Notes: generated by a model not told the origin, from the sequence alone. A DNA stretch of 64,000 bases from Candidatus Altimarinota bacterium (GCA_043741945.1 JAYTZT010000001.1:48617-112616), one strand, 5' to 3'; positions 42,133 through 54,807 are shown, numbered from the stretch's first letter. Numbers and translations are program-made.

Positions 42133-44502
42133 ATGCGCTTTGTAGCTCTCGATCTAGAAACCACTGGACTGTCCCCTCAAACCGATACCATTATCGAAGT
42201 CGCTGCAATCAGATTTCAAATTGAACAGATTGGAGATATTTTCAGTATCACTCACGCCGAAGAACATACTCAGCTCATTCATCCAGAAAGACTTCTATCA
42301 AAGGAAATCACCATGATCACTGGTATAACACCTGAGATGCTCTTATGAAAACCTAATTTTGCAAGTGTCTCAGACAAGATAAGAGATTTTATTGGCGATG
42401 CCGTTATTGTCGGACATAATGTTCTCTTCGATATTGCGATGTTCGCAAGTCATGGAATAAACCTCTCACAAAATATTGTTATTGATACATTTGAACTTTC
42501 GGAGCTCTTTTCACAGGATGTTGAGAGTCTGAATTTAGGATTTCTTGCAAATAGGTATGGACTCATTGATCCAACTGAAGAAGAACATAGGGCACTCACA
42601 GATACCAAAATATCTATCAGACTCCTCCTTAGATATCTTGCAATAGTGAGACAAATTAAATGAAAAAAAAAGCAAATCTGGAATACCTTAATATTATGCG
42701 ATACAAGTCGTACCCTTGTTACCCTCTCAGAAATCTGTCATCTGCAGAGTGATATTCAACCTAATACTTGTGAACTCTTTTTGGATCTACTGGCGAATCA
42801 GGATACAAAAACTCCCACCATTAAAGACACAGCAGAAAAACAAGAAATATCTAAAAGCGAAACTTCATGCACCATAACTGATGGGGTATCAGAAATTATT
42901 CTTCTAGAAACTCATGGTGATCCGAGTGAAGAACTCATTATTATAAAAGATACTTTCAAGACCAATACTCATATTGCACTGGTTACCCCTGGCTACAAGA
43001 CTGCAATTTGGATGTCAGGATTTTTGAGTCAAAATAGTATTGAAAATATGATATCCGTGTCCCCGAGCAAATGGTGTTCAGTAAAATATATGAGGGAACT
43101 TCTTACGAATGCTGAACCTTACTCCAGGAAAAAACTCATTCTTATACTGAAAATAGCATTCTGGCTCACTGACACAGAAACTGGTCTTCTAGATGAGATG
43201 AAGTTCTATGGTGAGGAAAGGACAATGCTCGAAATATTTCGCTGTCGAAAAAATGAATCAAATATTTGGCGACAGCAATATGAAGCGAAGATCAGAAATA
43301 TTCCAGTAGTTATATATGATGCGTACACTTTTGAAAAAAAGGATACTCAGAGATATACGATTATCAAAGATATTGCTCTTCTAGAAGACATAACTAGACG
43401 AAGTAATAGTCATGAAATATCTTTCGATAATTTCTATAAGGCGATCGAAATACTCCCCTCGGATATGGGGAGCCTTGATGCAAAAATACATATGGCAGAT
43501 ATGGTCTCTATGATTCGATGAATCTATGAATCCATTCCAGATCGCCCTACTGGCCCCCTCATCTCACCTCCTGGGCCATTTGGTGAAACCTATTTTTTTA
43601 CCCAGGCTATGCTGTGGGATAATGGTAATAAGTGGCTAATTCATGCAACCCGTACTCTTGCTATCTATTGGAAAGATTGGAAAAATACACAATTAAAGGA
43701 TACTGAACATATATCACGAGAAGTTGAAATTAATAAGGAATATATCGAAAGGACTATAGGATTGCTAGTCAACTATCATATAAAATATGATACAAATTAT
43801 AATATTACCCTTAATATTAATGATGAGAAAACCAAAATTATGCTCCTACCTAGGAGTGTAAAAAAGTTTATGAAAAACTCTCTCAGTGGATCTCTATGCT
43901 ATGGAGTAAATATCTCGTTTCCTGAGACTCGATCTTTTTTGATACGAGAATACGGAATCGATAAATCTATGTTTTCCATACTTGAGACTCAACCAAAGCC
44001 CAAAAATTCTCATCTCAACTATACAGAGTACCATGCAGGAATAGTTAAAACTGGTACAGTAATACTCACAACAAGTCAAAAACACGCCCGAGATATAGGT
44101 CAAGTACTCAGAAAAATCCATGGAAAGAATATTGAAGTCCTTATCCAATGACTCTCAGGAGGAAAAGGGAAAATGCTATCTCTATTCAAAAATAATATCG
44201 ATACAACTATTCTTATAGGAATTATTGATACTTGGCGAGATGAATATGACCTATGGAAGAACGCAAGAAATATTATTATAGCAAAATTACCATTTGACCC
44301 ACCAACAGATCCATACTTCCTTGCGAGAACAATGGGTATGGGGAATAATTTCTCAGACTACAGTCAACCAATTGTAACCATACGTCTCAATACCCTTCTG
44401 GATCGCATCCTTGCAAGTGGATATAGTGGATGAATTGTTTCTACGGACCCACGACTAATCACTACTGAATGGGGTAAAAAAATCACATCAGAATTATTAT
44501 AA
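42133..44502 (+). CDS. DinG-like protein: N-terminal DEDD (DnaQ-type) 3'-5' exonuclease fused to a degenerate helicase-like body
   Basis: FVALDLETTGL, GHNVLFDIAM, HRALTDT (Exo I-III). C-terminal ILIGIIDTWRDEYDL..NIIIAKLPFDPPTDPYFLAR matches the DinG C-terminus. Five ORFs in frame 1. The Walker A and DEAH positions read TPGYKTA and IYDAYT. Confidence 0.7.
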
Positions 44503-44598
44503 AAACAAGGAATTTATGATTCGCAAGTGATTTTGGTGCTGAGATTTGCGTAATAAAAGATAATCTGCTATTCTCATACTATCATAAGTATATTCTCT

Positions 44599-45501
44599 AT
44601 GGCTAACACTCCAACTCCCGTAATTCCAACCGATACAAATGGATCAGAAACCAAACTTGGCACTAATTTTTTGGATGCTCCTGGCGTAGCATCAGAGGCA
44701 ATCAAAGCAAAAGATGTGCTTTACAATGATTTTTTCCAAGAAAACAGTAATGGAGAACTCACAATAGGATCTAAGAAAGAACGATCAGGACTCGAGATAG
44801 TTGTGAGTGTTATGCAATATATAACAATATTTGTAGTTACTGTAGGTATTCTCTTTTGACTTCATATTTTTATTAGATCGAGTCAGAGTGGATCGTTCTT
44901 TGAAAATTATAGTTTTCTTTGCCCATATTTGCATTATGATATCGAGGCACCAGAATCTGAGAAATTATGCAAGAATATAGGAGTTATTCAAAAAGAATAT
45001 GCAGAAAAGCTCACTATTCTCCAAGAGAATATTATTACTGATCTTACGGAATATATACCTATCAAAGTTTCAGTAAGTATTCTTGATGCATCACCTGAAA
45101 AGGACTTCATTTTAAGGACATACGAAAGTAAACCTCATGTTAATAACGTTCTTGAAGCCTTTGAAAAAGTCAAAGCGGGCTCTCAATCAGCAAATGAAAA
45201 TATTGAATGTACTGGTCTCACTGTAACTCAATGAAGCAAGCTCTCAACCCAATGTACAATATATGGGGGTAATATAGGTGATGCAGATACGAATGGACAA
45301 CTGGGATCTGCTCGAATTCAGGCACTCCGTTTTATCGAAGACCTTAGTAATACGAGTAAGAGTTTTCTCATACTGGATAACGCTCCAACCTCACTCAGTA
45401 TAGAAAAATTACCAAAGAAACAAGCAGAAACACTTGGTTTTTCAACTCGTACTACAATACCTATCCAGGTACGATATGTTCCACTTATACAAAAATTATA
45501 A
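44599..45501 (+). CDS. hypothetical single-pass membrane protein, first gene of the pilus-assembly cluster
   Basis: 300 aa. TM segment VVSVMQYITIFVVTVGILFGLHIF. 2 TGA. TAA 45499..45501. 8 nt before the next gene. Confidence 0.5.
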
Positions 45502-45509
45502 TTTTTTCT

Positions 45510-46607
45510 ATGTCTACCAAAAATCAACGTGAACAACTCATGCATTCAGTAATTGGACAAATTACTGTTATCATTTTCACACTTGTCGTGATCTGGATAT
45601 ATGTCGTTCCTCCCTATCAAACTCTATCCGAGTCAGTACTCGCAACCAATTCAGTCATAGAGAAATACAATGAATCAAATCTCAATGGTATTTCCTATGC
45701 TGAGCTTGAGAAGATGCTATGAGCTACCAAATGAAAAGAAGAACTTCTTGCCATTATACAATCAGCTCCTGCAGAAACTCAGAAAGTTATTAAGAAAATA
45801 GGATGAGGTCCATATATTTCGTGGTTAGATAGTGCTATTAAGGGAAGTACAGTAGATCAAGAGAAATTAGCCCTCAAAAAAGCGAGGCTCAATAGTATAC
45901 TCCCAACTCTCAATCCTATTAGTAATAATATTAGTGAAGATACGGTAAGCATGCGAAAATACATTGCTTTTGTAGAGAAAGATATTCTGAGACAATTTGG
46001 AATTGATTCGACGGCAGCACTTTGAATACAAAATATAAAATACGGAAAAAGGGGGAGTGATATGCCTGAAGTACTCGGATCATTTGATACGGAAATTAGC
46101 TTTACAGCTTCCAATTCTGGTATTGCAAATATGATTACATATATCAATCAATTAGGACATCCTGAGATTCTCCTCGATACAGGATCGACATCAAGTGGAG
46201 GTGTACCAGCCATTATGAGTAATCCTCTTGCAATGATTGATGCTCTATCACTGCAAACTACACTAGATCTCACAAAACCCGATGTTGAAAATGGAGGTCG
46301 TATGGTACTCAGATTCTATATACGAGGTTCTTCTGTAACAGATATAGAATTTCTCAGTGAGACACTAAAAAAACGAAAAGAATCTCTAAAAAAACAAATA
46401 GATGTAAGTATAGCATCGTGTAATACAGAAGTAACCTGTAGTAATAAAAAAAGTCTGGAACTGTTTGAGCGAAAGTATCGAGAATTCTCTCGTGCTACTG
46501 CACAAAATACTGTCAAACAAGGTACTGAAATGATATATTCGATTTCGACAGAACTTGACTCAATATATGCACTCGAAAAAGAACTCAAAAATATAACTGG
46601 AAAATAA
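45510..46607 (+). CDS. hypothetical membrane protein with PilO-like layout (N-terminal TM plus coiled coil)
   Basis: 365 aa. VIGQITVIIFTLVVIWIYVVPPY is followed by helical, charged regions. 4 TGA. Ends 4 nt before pilB. Confidence 0.5.
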
Positions 46608-46611
46608 ATAT

Positions 46612-47871
46612 ATGCCAACTATTGTAGATACCCTTAAAGAAGCAATCTATAAGGGTGAGAACATCTCTCAAATCTGCGATCTCATAATTATGGGAGCTGT
46701 AGAGTCAGGAAGTTCAGATATCCATATCGAACCTTTGACGAATATCGTGCGTCTCCGCTATCGTCTCGATGGTATGTTGGCGGAGATTCTCGAATATCAG
46801 ACATTTTTGCATCCACAAGTAATTGCTCGGTTCAAGATTATGTCGAATCTCAAAATAGATGAAGCCCGTATACCTCAAGATTGACGTCTCTCAACAGTTA
46901 TAGACAACAAAGCTCTCGATCTACGTGTTTCAACCCTCCCAACTGTTCATGGCGAGAAGATAGTGATGCGTATTGTCGATAAGAGTAAAAAGATTCCCGA
47001 TATATTCGGTCTTGGTATCGAAGGACATAACAAGGATCTTCTAGAGAAGGCTATTGCTTTGCCAAATGGAATAATTCTTACTTCAGGTCCAACGGGTTCT
47101 GGTAAATCAACCACATTGTATTCTTGTCTGTCCAAACTCAATGCTCCAGATGTTAATATTATGACCCTTGAAGATCCAGTAGAAATGCAGATCGATGGAT
47201 TGAACCAATCACAGGTCTTTCCAGATATTTGATATACTTTTGCCTATGGACTCCGTACCGCCTTGCGTCAGGATCCTGATATCATTATGGTTTGAGAAAT
47301 CCGAGATCATGAGACAATCAATATTGCAATAGAAGCAGCCCTTACGGGACATCTAGTGGTATCAACAATCCATACCAACTCAGCAGCAGAGACCATAACT
47401 CGTATCCTGAATATGGGCATACCTGCCTTTCTACTTCCCGCCTCAGTGAATGCTATTATCGCTCAGCGACTGATCCGTCGCCTCTGCCCCCACTGCAAAA
47501 AGGCTGTCCCCCTGCAAATTCTCGAACCTCGTATGAAGGCCCATGTAGAGAAGGCACTAAAGAGAACTGCCAAAGAAGAATTATTGTCTCGCATCTCATC
47601 TGCTATTTTACAGGCTCCGACATTTTATGAGCCCGTAGGTTGTGATAAGTGTAATAATGCTGGCTATAAGTGACGAGTTGGTATCTATGAGATCCTTGAG
47701 ATTACCAATAATGTAAAAAAGATGATTATCGATGGTGCTAGCGCCACGATGATCAATGAAACAGCCATCATCGATGGTATGATTTCTCTCGAACAAGATG
47801 GCATTATCAAGGCTCTCAATGGGGTTACCTCTCTTGCAGAGGTCTATGCTGCAGCCAAGGAAAATGTATAA
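46612..47871 (+). CDS. pilB: type IV pilus / T2SS assembly ATPase (PilB/GspE family, short form)
   Basis: SDIHIEP, PQDGRLS, RVSTLPTVHGEKIVMRI, Walker A GPTGSGKSTT, LRQDPDIIMVGEIRD, TGHLVVSTIHTN, tetracysteine CPHCKK..CDKCNNAGYKGR. Confidence 0.9.
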
Positions 47872-47886
47872 TAATAAAATAAATAT

Positions 47887-49035
47887 ATGCCAACAGAACA
47901 AAATCAAGATATTGTAATCCTCGACATAGAGGATGGACAAGCAGAAGTTGTCCAAGAGTCAACTTTTGAATATATAAAAAACTATATATTCAAACAAGGA
48001 TCAGTGAATCTTCGACAAAAAGTAGTATTTTTTCGGATTCTTGCAACCATGGTGAATGCAAGTCTCACCATACTCAAGAGTCTCACTGCCCTCAAAAAAC
48101 AGGAGAAAGAAGAAAATATGATCAAATTCTATGACTTTATGATAGCTCGTATCCAGAGTGGTACAACTATGCATGATGCTCTCGCTGAATACTATGGTTG
48201 TTTTACAGATGCGGAGATATCGATCATCGAAGCTGGAGAGAGAACTGGTAAACTCAATACTGCTCTCCTCCAAATTGCCGAACAGACAGAAAAAATCGAT
48301 TCTATCACCCGAAAAATCAAGGGAGCCATGACCTACCCTGTTATGCTCATTGTAGGTATGGTTGCCTGTGTAGCTATTCTTATGGTAAAAGTAATTCCGA
48401 CCTTAACGGGATTTTTTTGAGATCCAAAAAATCTTCCAGACGCAACACGAGCTATTATAATAGTAAGTGATTTTTTCATACATTATTGGTTCTATATGTT
48501 CATAATGTTTGTCTGAGCACTTATTTCTTTGAATGTATGGAAGAAAACAAAGAATGGGAAATATCGATTTGATATGTTCCTACTCAAGATGCCGATCTAT
48601 GGTCCATTAGTAAAAAAAGTTATCCTTTCACGATTTGCTCGAGTCTTTTCCAATCTTCTCGGAAGTGGTGTAGCAGTGGTGGAAGCAATCCGTATTGTAT
48701 CGAGTGCCGTAGGCAACGAGGTATACCGTCAGCGACTCCTTCTCTTACGTCAAGATGTCAAAAATGGACAGAAGATCGCAGAATCTCTCGAAGACGATCC
48801 CCTCTTTCCGGATCTCCTCATTTCGATGATCCGTGTGGGAGAGGAAACAGCTCAAATTGGAGATACTGTTATCAAGATTGCAGAATTCTACGATGAAGAA
48901 GTAGATATTGCCATCAGTGGTATCCAGAAACTCATTGAACCAGTCATTCTCGTGATTATGGCGGTAGTGATCTGATTCTTGGCAATTGGTATCTTTCAAC
49001 CAATTATGAACCTTGCAGGAACGATGGGTGGGTAA
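47887..49035 (+). CDS. pilC: type IV pilus platform protein (PilC/GspF family)
   Basis: Two GspF repeats: FFRILATMVNASLTILKSL..EAGERTGKL and FARVFSNLLGSGVAVVEAI..MIRVGEETAQIG. C-terminal EPVILVIMAVVIGFLAIGIFQPIMNL. Confidence 0.9.
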
Positions 49036-49113
49036 AATAATTGAAAAAACTATATATATTTTTAAAATAAATCACATCCATATTCGGATATATCAATACA
49101 AAAGGAGTATTAT

Positions 49114-49314
49114 ATGGCTGTCGATATAGTTTTACAAGCAGGAGATGTCTGCACAATGAAGGAGGATGAACAAGATATCGAACTCTTTTATGCAGGTACT
49201 CAAGTGACTTTAACAACTCAAAATGGCTCATATTGGTATTGCGAAGGAATGGTAAATGGCATAAAAAAGTCTTTACTCATTTTCGCTGGTAATCTCGAAT
49301 TAGTACCAAATTAG
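49114..49314 (+). CDS. small hypothetical protein (66 aa, SH3-like pattern)
   Basis: Intact ORF with a terminator right after it. DIELFYAGTQVTLTTQNGSYWYCEGMVNGIKKSLLIFAGNLELV loosely resembles an SH3 fold. Confidence 0.4.
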   Translation: MAVDIVLQAGDVCTMKEDEQDIELFYAGTQVTLTTQNGSYWYCEGMVNGIKKSLLIFAGNLELVPN

Positions 49315-49334
49315 TACATTGAGATCCAATTTTC

Positions 49335-49364
49335 AAAATCCCAACTTTTTAGTTGGGATTTTTT
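49335..49364 (+). terminator. rho-independent terminator
   Basis: AAAATCCCAAC-TTTTT-AGTTGGGATTTTTT. Confidence 0.75.
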
Positions 49365-49424
49365 CTTGCATTTTCATATTTTTTGCTATAATATGCGAGC
49401 TTTATCTCTATTATTTTTTTCATT

Positions 49425-50033
49425 ATGTTCTCTCTCGAAGCAAAGATCCGTACAGAGGTAGCGAAGATTGCCCGTGTAGACGGTGTGATCCCAGCGGTTG
49501 TCTACGGCAAGGATACCCCTTCGACTATGTTGACTGTGGGTGTGTCAGAATTCATCAAGGTATACCGCGAATCCGGTAAAAACCATATCATCACGCTCAA
49601 TGTAGATAAGAAATCATACAATGTGCTCGTTACAGAGACTCAGCGTCACCCCGTTACAGGGGCATTCCGTCATATTGACTTCCTCGTTGTCAATATGAAA
49701 GCTGAAATACAGGTTCAGATTGCAATCAAACTTGTAGGAACATCTCCAGCTATTCTTGAGGGTGGACAACTTCACCAATCTCTCGATATGCTGGATGTAA
49801 AGTGTCTTCCTACTCATATCGTAGATTCGTTCGAACTCGATATCTCAAGTCTCGCTATGGGACATTCTCTACATGTGAGTGATCTCATAGTCAATACCAA
49901 GAAATTCCAAGTTCTATCACTCCCTGAGGAGTCTATTGTTTCTATCCATGCTCCTAAAAAAATAGTAGAAGAGGAAATCGAAGTACCCGTCGGAGATGTT
50001 GCTGTCGCAACAGCAAAGACAAATGCTGAATAA
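49425..50033 (+). CDS. rplY: 50S ribosomal protein L25 / general stress protein Ctc
   Basis: IPAVVYGK, NVLVTETQRHPVTGAFRHIDF, two-domain Ctc length (202 aa). No TGA. Confidence 0.9.
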   Translation: MFSLEAKIRTEVAKIARVDGVIPAVVYGKDTPSTMLTVGVSEFIKVYRESGKNHIITLNVDKKSYNVLVTETQRHPVTGAFRHIDFLVVNMKAEIQVQIAIKLVGTSPAILEGGQLHQSLDMLDVKCLPTHIVDSFELDISSLAMGHSLHVSDLIVNTKKFQVLSLPEESIVSIHAPKKIVEEEIEVPVGDVAVATAKTNAE

Positions 50034-50045
50034 TTCATATTCAAC

Positions 50046-50079
50046 AAAAATACTCTCGATGAATCGAGAGTATTTTTTT
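50046..50079 (+). terminator. rho-independent terminator
   Basis: AAAAATACTCTCGAT-GA-ATCGAGAGTATTTTTTT. Confidence 0.75.
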
Positions 50080-50187
50080 CTTGCTTTTTGAGAGAAATGT
50101 GTACTATTGCGTCGATATGAATAGAAAGGAATGTGTATAAACAATTTCAATTTTGAAATACAATAAAATATTAATCTACTAAAATAT

Positions 50188-50580
50188 ATGATAATCAAAC
50201 TTGTTGGTTCTGGAACTGAAGTTGAATCACTCGAAACCCTTGTCAAAAAAGCACTTTCTGAGCTCGCACTTGATGATGCAGTCAAAATAGAGATTACTAA
50301 TGATACCATCTATAAACTCGATCTCGGAATCACAGAAAATCCCGCACTTGCTATCGAAGAAGAATCAATCGACTTCCGAGATATGATATTCCAAGGCGAG
50401 GTACCTGCCTACGATGAAATCAAGAGTATGTTTATCTCTATCCTCGGAGATGAAGAGGATCATGGATCTGGTGGATGTGGGAGTGGTGGATGTGGAACTT
50501 GTGATACGGGTTGTGGAACAGCGGAAGAATGAACTACAAAAGAGGACAATTCATGTGCAACAGGTTGTGCAAGTCATTAG
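50188..50580 (+). CDS. thioredoxin-fold (Thioredoxin_3-like) protein lacking CxxC, with a Cys/Gly-rich C-terminal tail
   Basis: MIIKLVGSGTEVESLETLVKKAL..ITENPALAIEEE follows the small redox-active-disulfide-protein layout, but the CxxC position reads TEVE. Tail: GSGGCGSGGCGTCDTGCGTAEE-G(TGA)-TTKEDNSCATGCASH. TAG 50578..50580. Confidence 0.5.
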
Positions 50581-50587
50581 TGTATTA

Positions 50588-50620
50588 CAAAACTCACCTC
50601 TTCGTCAAGGTGAGTTTTTT
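50588..50620 (+). terminator. rho-independent terminator
   Basis: AAAACTCACCT-CTTCGTCA-AGGTGAGTTTTTT. Confidence 0.7.
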
Positions 50621-50677
50621 GCAATATAATCAAAAAAATGTTATCCTGAATGGGTAACATTTTTTATCTATTGAAAT

Positions 50678-51136
50678 ATGTCTCTCTGAAATATAACTTC
50701 TGAATCTCAGGCTGAAAAATTAGTAAGTCCTACTCTATTGGTAGATTCCCAAAATAGAGTCAATAGTGTCGCAGCATCTGCTATTGCTATCCTAGAAAAT
50801 GATCCAAAAGGTCAAGAAGCAATAAAGAGCCTTTTTGAGTCTATGCTCACAAATAAATTGTCGAGTCCAGAAAAAATAGGTCTGATACAAGATTGACTCT
50901 ATACTGCTCGTGACGCTAGACTCAAGGATGCAAGCCCAACAGAACGACTCTCCATACTGGAATGATTTTCAAAATTCATTACACAATTCACTGATTGAAT
51001 TGCTAAAATAAATAATGATGTTCAACTCACTAATGAGGCGCATAGTCTCACAAATGCATCTGATACTCAAATAGCACAAGTACAAGAAAACTATGCTCGA
51101 ATTCTCTCAAATAATCACCCAACTCAATCCGCCTAA
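50678..51136 (+). CDS. hypothetical protein (152 aa)
   Basis: ATG 50678, 4 TGA, TAA 51134..51136. The stop is embedded in the hairpin ATCCGCC-TAATT-GGCGGAT. No family recognised. Confidence 0.4.
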
Positions 51137-51149
51137 TTGGCGGATTTTT
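51126..51149. terminator. bidirectional hairpin between convergent genes
   Basis: AATCCGCCTAATTGGCGGATTTTT. It overlaps the stops of 50678..51136 (+) and ligA (-). Confidence 0.6.
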
Positions 51150-53277
51150 ATTTATTCATCAATTCCTGGAATTCCAGTATAGATATTATCGCTACTCCAT
51201 ATTCATTCGCCTTTTCTCGTTTTGATCCAGCATTTTCTCAAGCAATCAGATAATCAAGTTTTACAGATACTGATGTGCGTACTTCCCCACCCTGCTTCTC
51301 GATCAACTCATGGATCTCATCCCGCGTGATAATATCGAACGATCCTGTAACACAGAACGAATTTCAAGAAATTGGAGTATTGGCTTGTTCCTGTCATTGT
51401 GAGGGACGAAGCAATGCATTACCAGAGGTTTGTATATCTAATTCTGCAAATAGTCTCTCTATAACTTCCTTATTTTGATGACTATATTCGACAAGTGATC
51501 TTGCCGTTTCGGGTCAGATATCTTTTATGGTTAAGAGTTCTTCTTCTGTAATCGAAAATAATGTTTGTAATATGTCTTCATTTTTGATATTGACTATCTC
51601 CTTCAATCTACTGGCTATCTGTTTTGCGGTCTTCTTTCCTACATTTGGTATTCCGAGTCATACCAGCATTCGTTCTAGTGTGGTATGTCGGGATATCTCC
51701 AGAGAATTTATTAGGTTTTGTACGGATTTTTCTTTATATCATTCGAGTAAAAGTATCTGGTCTCGGTATTGTCCAAGCTGGTATACAGAAGCATAATCCG
51801 TTATCCATCACTTCTCTAAGAAGACTTCAATCTGACGAGGTCCCAAACCATCTATATTCATCGCTTGTCGATCTACGAACATCTCGAGTTGGCCTTGGAT
51901 CTTGGCAGGACAATGAGTATTTGGACACCAGATAGCAATTTTCCCTTCATCTTGTTTGAGTGGTGTTGCACAAATTGGGCATTTTGTAGGCAGATCCACA
52001 ATTTGTTCAGTCCCGTCTCGTACATCAGTTATTACTGATACGATCTCTGGTATGACTTCACCCGCTCTCATGATGAATACTTGGTCTCCCACACGAACTC
52101 ATTTCCGATTCAGTTCATCATAATTATGGAGTGTTGCTCTCCGTACAACAACTCCTCATACCTCACAAGGCTCTAGATTGGCTACTGGAGTAACTACTCC
52201 TGTTCTTCATACTGAATGTTCGATAGAGAGTACTCGAGTTCTCACCTGTTTGGCTGGGAACTTGTATGCGATAGAATATCGAGGATGGTGTTCTGTACGG
52301 CCGAGATAATCCCAAAGTGTCACATCATCGAGTTTGAGAACCATTCAGTCGATATCGAAATCGAAGTGTTCTATTTTGTTCTGAGTTTCTTTTTCGATAA
52401 TCTGAGTAACTTTGTCTATACTAGTAACACGAGAAAATGGGAAATCTTCACACTCAAATCCCCAAGATGCTAAAATATCCAAGAGTCAATGATAAGTAGC
52501 GGGAACACTCGTATCGTCAGAACGAAAAGACTCAAGTTGCGGTACACTGTACGCAAAAAATTGTAGTTCTCGAGATCGAGTTATTAGTGGATCCAATTGA
52601 CGCAATGATCCTGATGCAGCATTGCGTGGATTCGCGAAGAGTTTTTCTTCAGATTCTTGTCGCTCTCGATTTACACGAGCAAAAGTTGCTCTACTCATCA
52701 TAACTTCACCTCGGATCTCCATCCGCTCTATTGTTTTGAGTAGTTCTATTTCTTTTGGAATATTTTTGATAGCAAAAGCTCCGATAGTGACATCTTCACC
52801 TGCTATACCACTCCCACGAGTAATCGCTTGACTCAATTTACCATATTTGTAGACGATCGCGAGCCCCAGACCATCATATTTGGGCTGGATATAATAATCG
52901 AATTCTTTTGGAGCTTTTTCCTTGAGAACATTTCGCATGCGCTTTTCAAAATCCCGTACTTCCGTAACGCTATAAGTATTATCCAGTGATATCATAGGAT
53001 ACTGATGTTCTACCTTCTGGAATTGCTCTCCAGCGAGGATAGCCAGTCTCGCAGTCGGTGAATCAGCATCGAGCATATTATGAACTGATTCTGCACGAGC
53101 GAGCGCATGAAATAGCTGATCATATTCCGTATCTGAGATAATCGGCGACTCAGAGATATTGTAGAGGTAATTATGCTCACGCACTACTTCACGGAGTAAG
53201 AATATATCCTTCTTTTTGATATGATTTATTCGAGAGAGATACTCGGTTGAGAGAGAGAGGAGTTGACTGGATTGCAT
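51148..53277 (-). CDS. ligA: NAD-dependent DNA ligase
   Basis: Adenylation KYDGLG, RGEVMM, OB fold, Zn finger CPICATPL..CPNTHCPAK, HhH LGIPNVGKKTAKQIA, BRCT FCVTGSF..RDEIHELIEKQGGEV. About 10 TGA. TAA 51148..51150. Confidence 0.95.
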
Positions 53278-53478
53278 AAGAGTGAGTATAGAGAAATTTT
53301 TAGGAAAATCAAAATTGCTTTTTCGGTCATCCGATGCTTGGTAATATGAAGTATGTTATGTCAATTTCTCTATTATCATTCCATTTTTATTTGCTTTCAT
53401 ACCCTCTTTTCATATAATTTTTTCGTTTATTTCAGATTTTTACCTATCATCTATTCCCTACCTATAACCAATAGAACT

Positions 53479-54807
53479 ATGCAAAGTACCGTCACTCGAA
53501 AAAATAGCTACACACTGTCTCTCAATATCAAGGAATCTGGCGTTGAACTACAAAAAGCTCGAAAACATATTATCGAAGACATCAGAACAAATGGGAAGGT
53601 CAAAGGATTCAAACAGGGTTCTTCAATACCAGAGGCTGTGATCGTCCGCGAATACGGTGAAGAGGTTATCAGGGAGCGAGCGCTCGACCGCGTGATGAAC
53701 CATATTTATCCGAAAATTCTCAAAAAAGAAAATATCATCCCAGTAGCAGCTGGTAATATTACTGAAGTAATCAGTACAGACCCTATCGAAATCACTCTAG
53801 AGATCGAGGTCTTTCCTGAGATCGAGATTGATGAGAAAAAGCTCGAAAAAATACGAGTCAAGCGCACTCCAGTTGTAATAGATGAAAAAGAAGTAGATAC
53901 CGAGATTGCGGCAATCAAATCTCGATTCAGTCATTTCCATGAGGCTGGATCCCATAGCGAAGATGGTGCTGATACAAGTGAAGAAAAAATAGAAACAGGA
54001 GATCAAGTTACCGTCACAGCTCAATGATATGAAAAAAAGGGTGGCGAAGCTATCAAAGAAACGTATGTGCCAAGCTATCCACTTGTTATTGGATCTGGAT
54101 CTTTTATACCAGGATTTGAGGAGGAACTCATAGGAAAAAAAGTTGGAGATGATACAGGATTTGAGATTACTTTTCCAGCTGAGTATCATAGTGAGGAATT
54201 CCGATCTCGAAAAGTGTATTTCATTGCAAATATCGAAAAAGTTGAAAAACCTCATACTCCAGAATTCACCCCAGAATTTATCAAAGATCTCCGTGGTGTC
54301 GAAACTGATATGGCTGGATTTCGAGATATTATCCATAATGAGATCCAGACCAAAAAAGAAGCAGAAACTCGCAAAAAAGATGAGAATACGCTCATGGAAA
54401 AGATGCTCAGCGTAGCATCCTTCGAAGTGGGACCTACACTGATATCACAAGAGATAGATCAGATCTATCGTGAGCACGCATCGAATCTCGAACAACAAGG
54501 CCTCGATATCAAGGGATATCTCGAGCATGTGAAAAAATCTGAAACAGAATATAAAGAAACAGTTGTAGCACCTGAAGCATTGCGACGAGTCAAAGCAGAA
54601 CTCCTCTTACGAAAAATTAAAGAACTAAAAGGTACTGATGCAACTGAAGCTGAGGTAAATATAGAAGTTGATAAGGTCATTGCTCAATATGGCTCAGCTG
54701 AAGTCATCGAGAGACTCAAGACAAAACTCGTGCCAGGCGATACATATTATGAAGATATCAAGAATCGGGTTATCTATCGAAAAGTAGTTGATATGTTCTG
54801 GATATAA
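53479..54807 (+). CDS. tig: trigger factor
   Basis: N-terminal GFKQGSSIPEAVI (GFRxGxxP signature), FKBP-like middle IGSGSFIPGFEEELIGKKVGD, helical C-terminal arm. 442 aa, 1 TGA. Confidence 0.9.
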
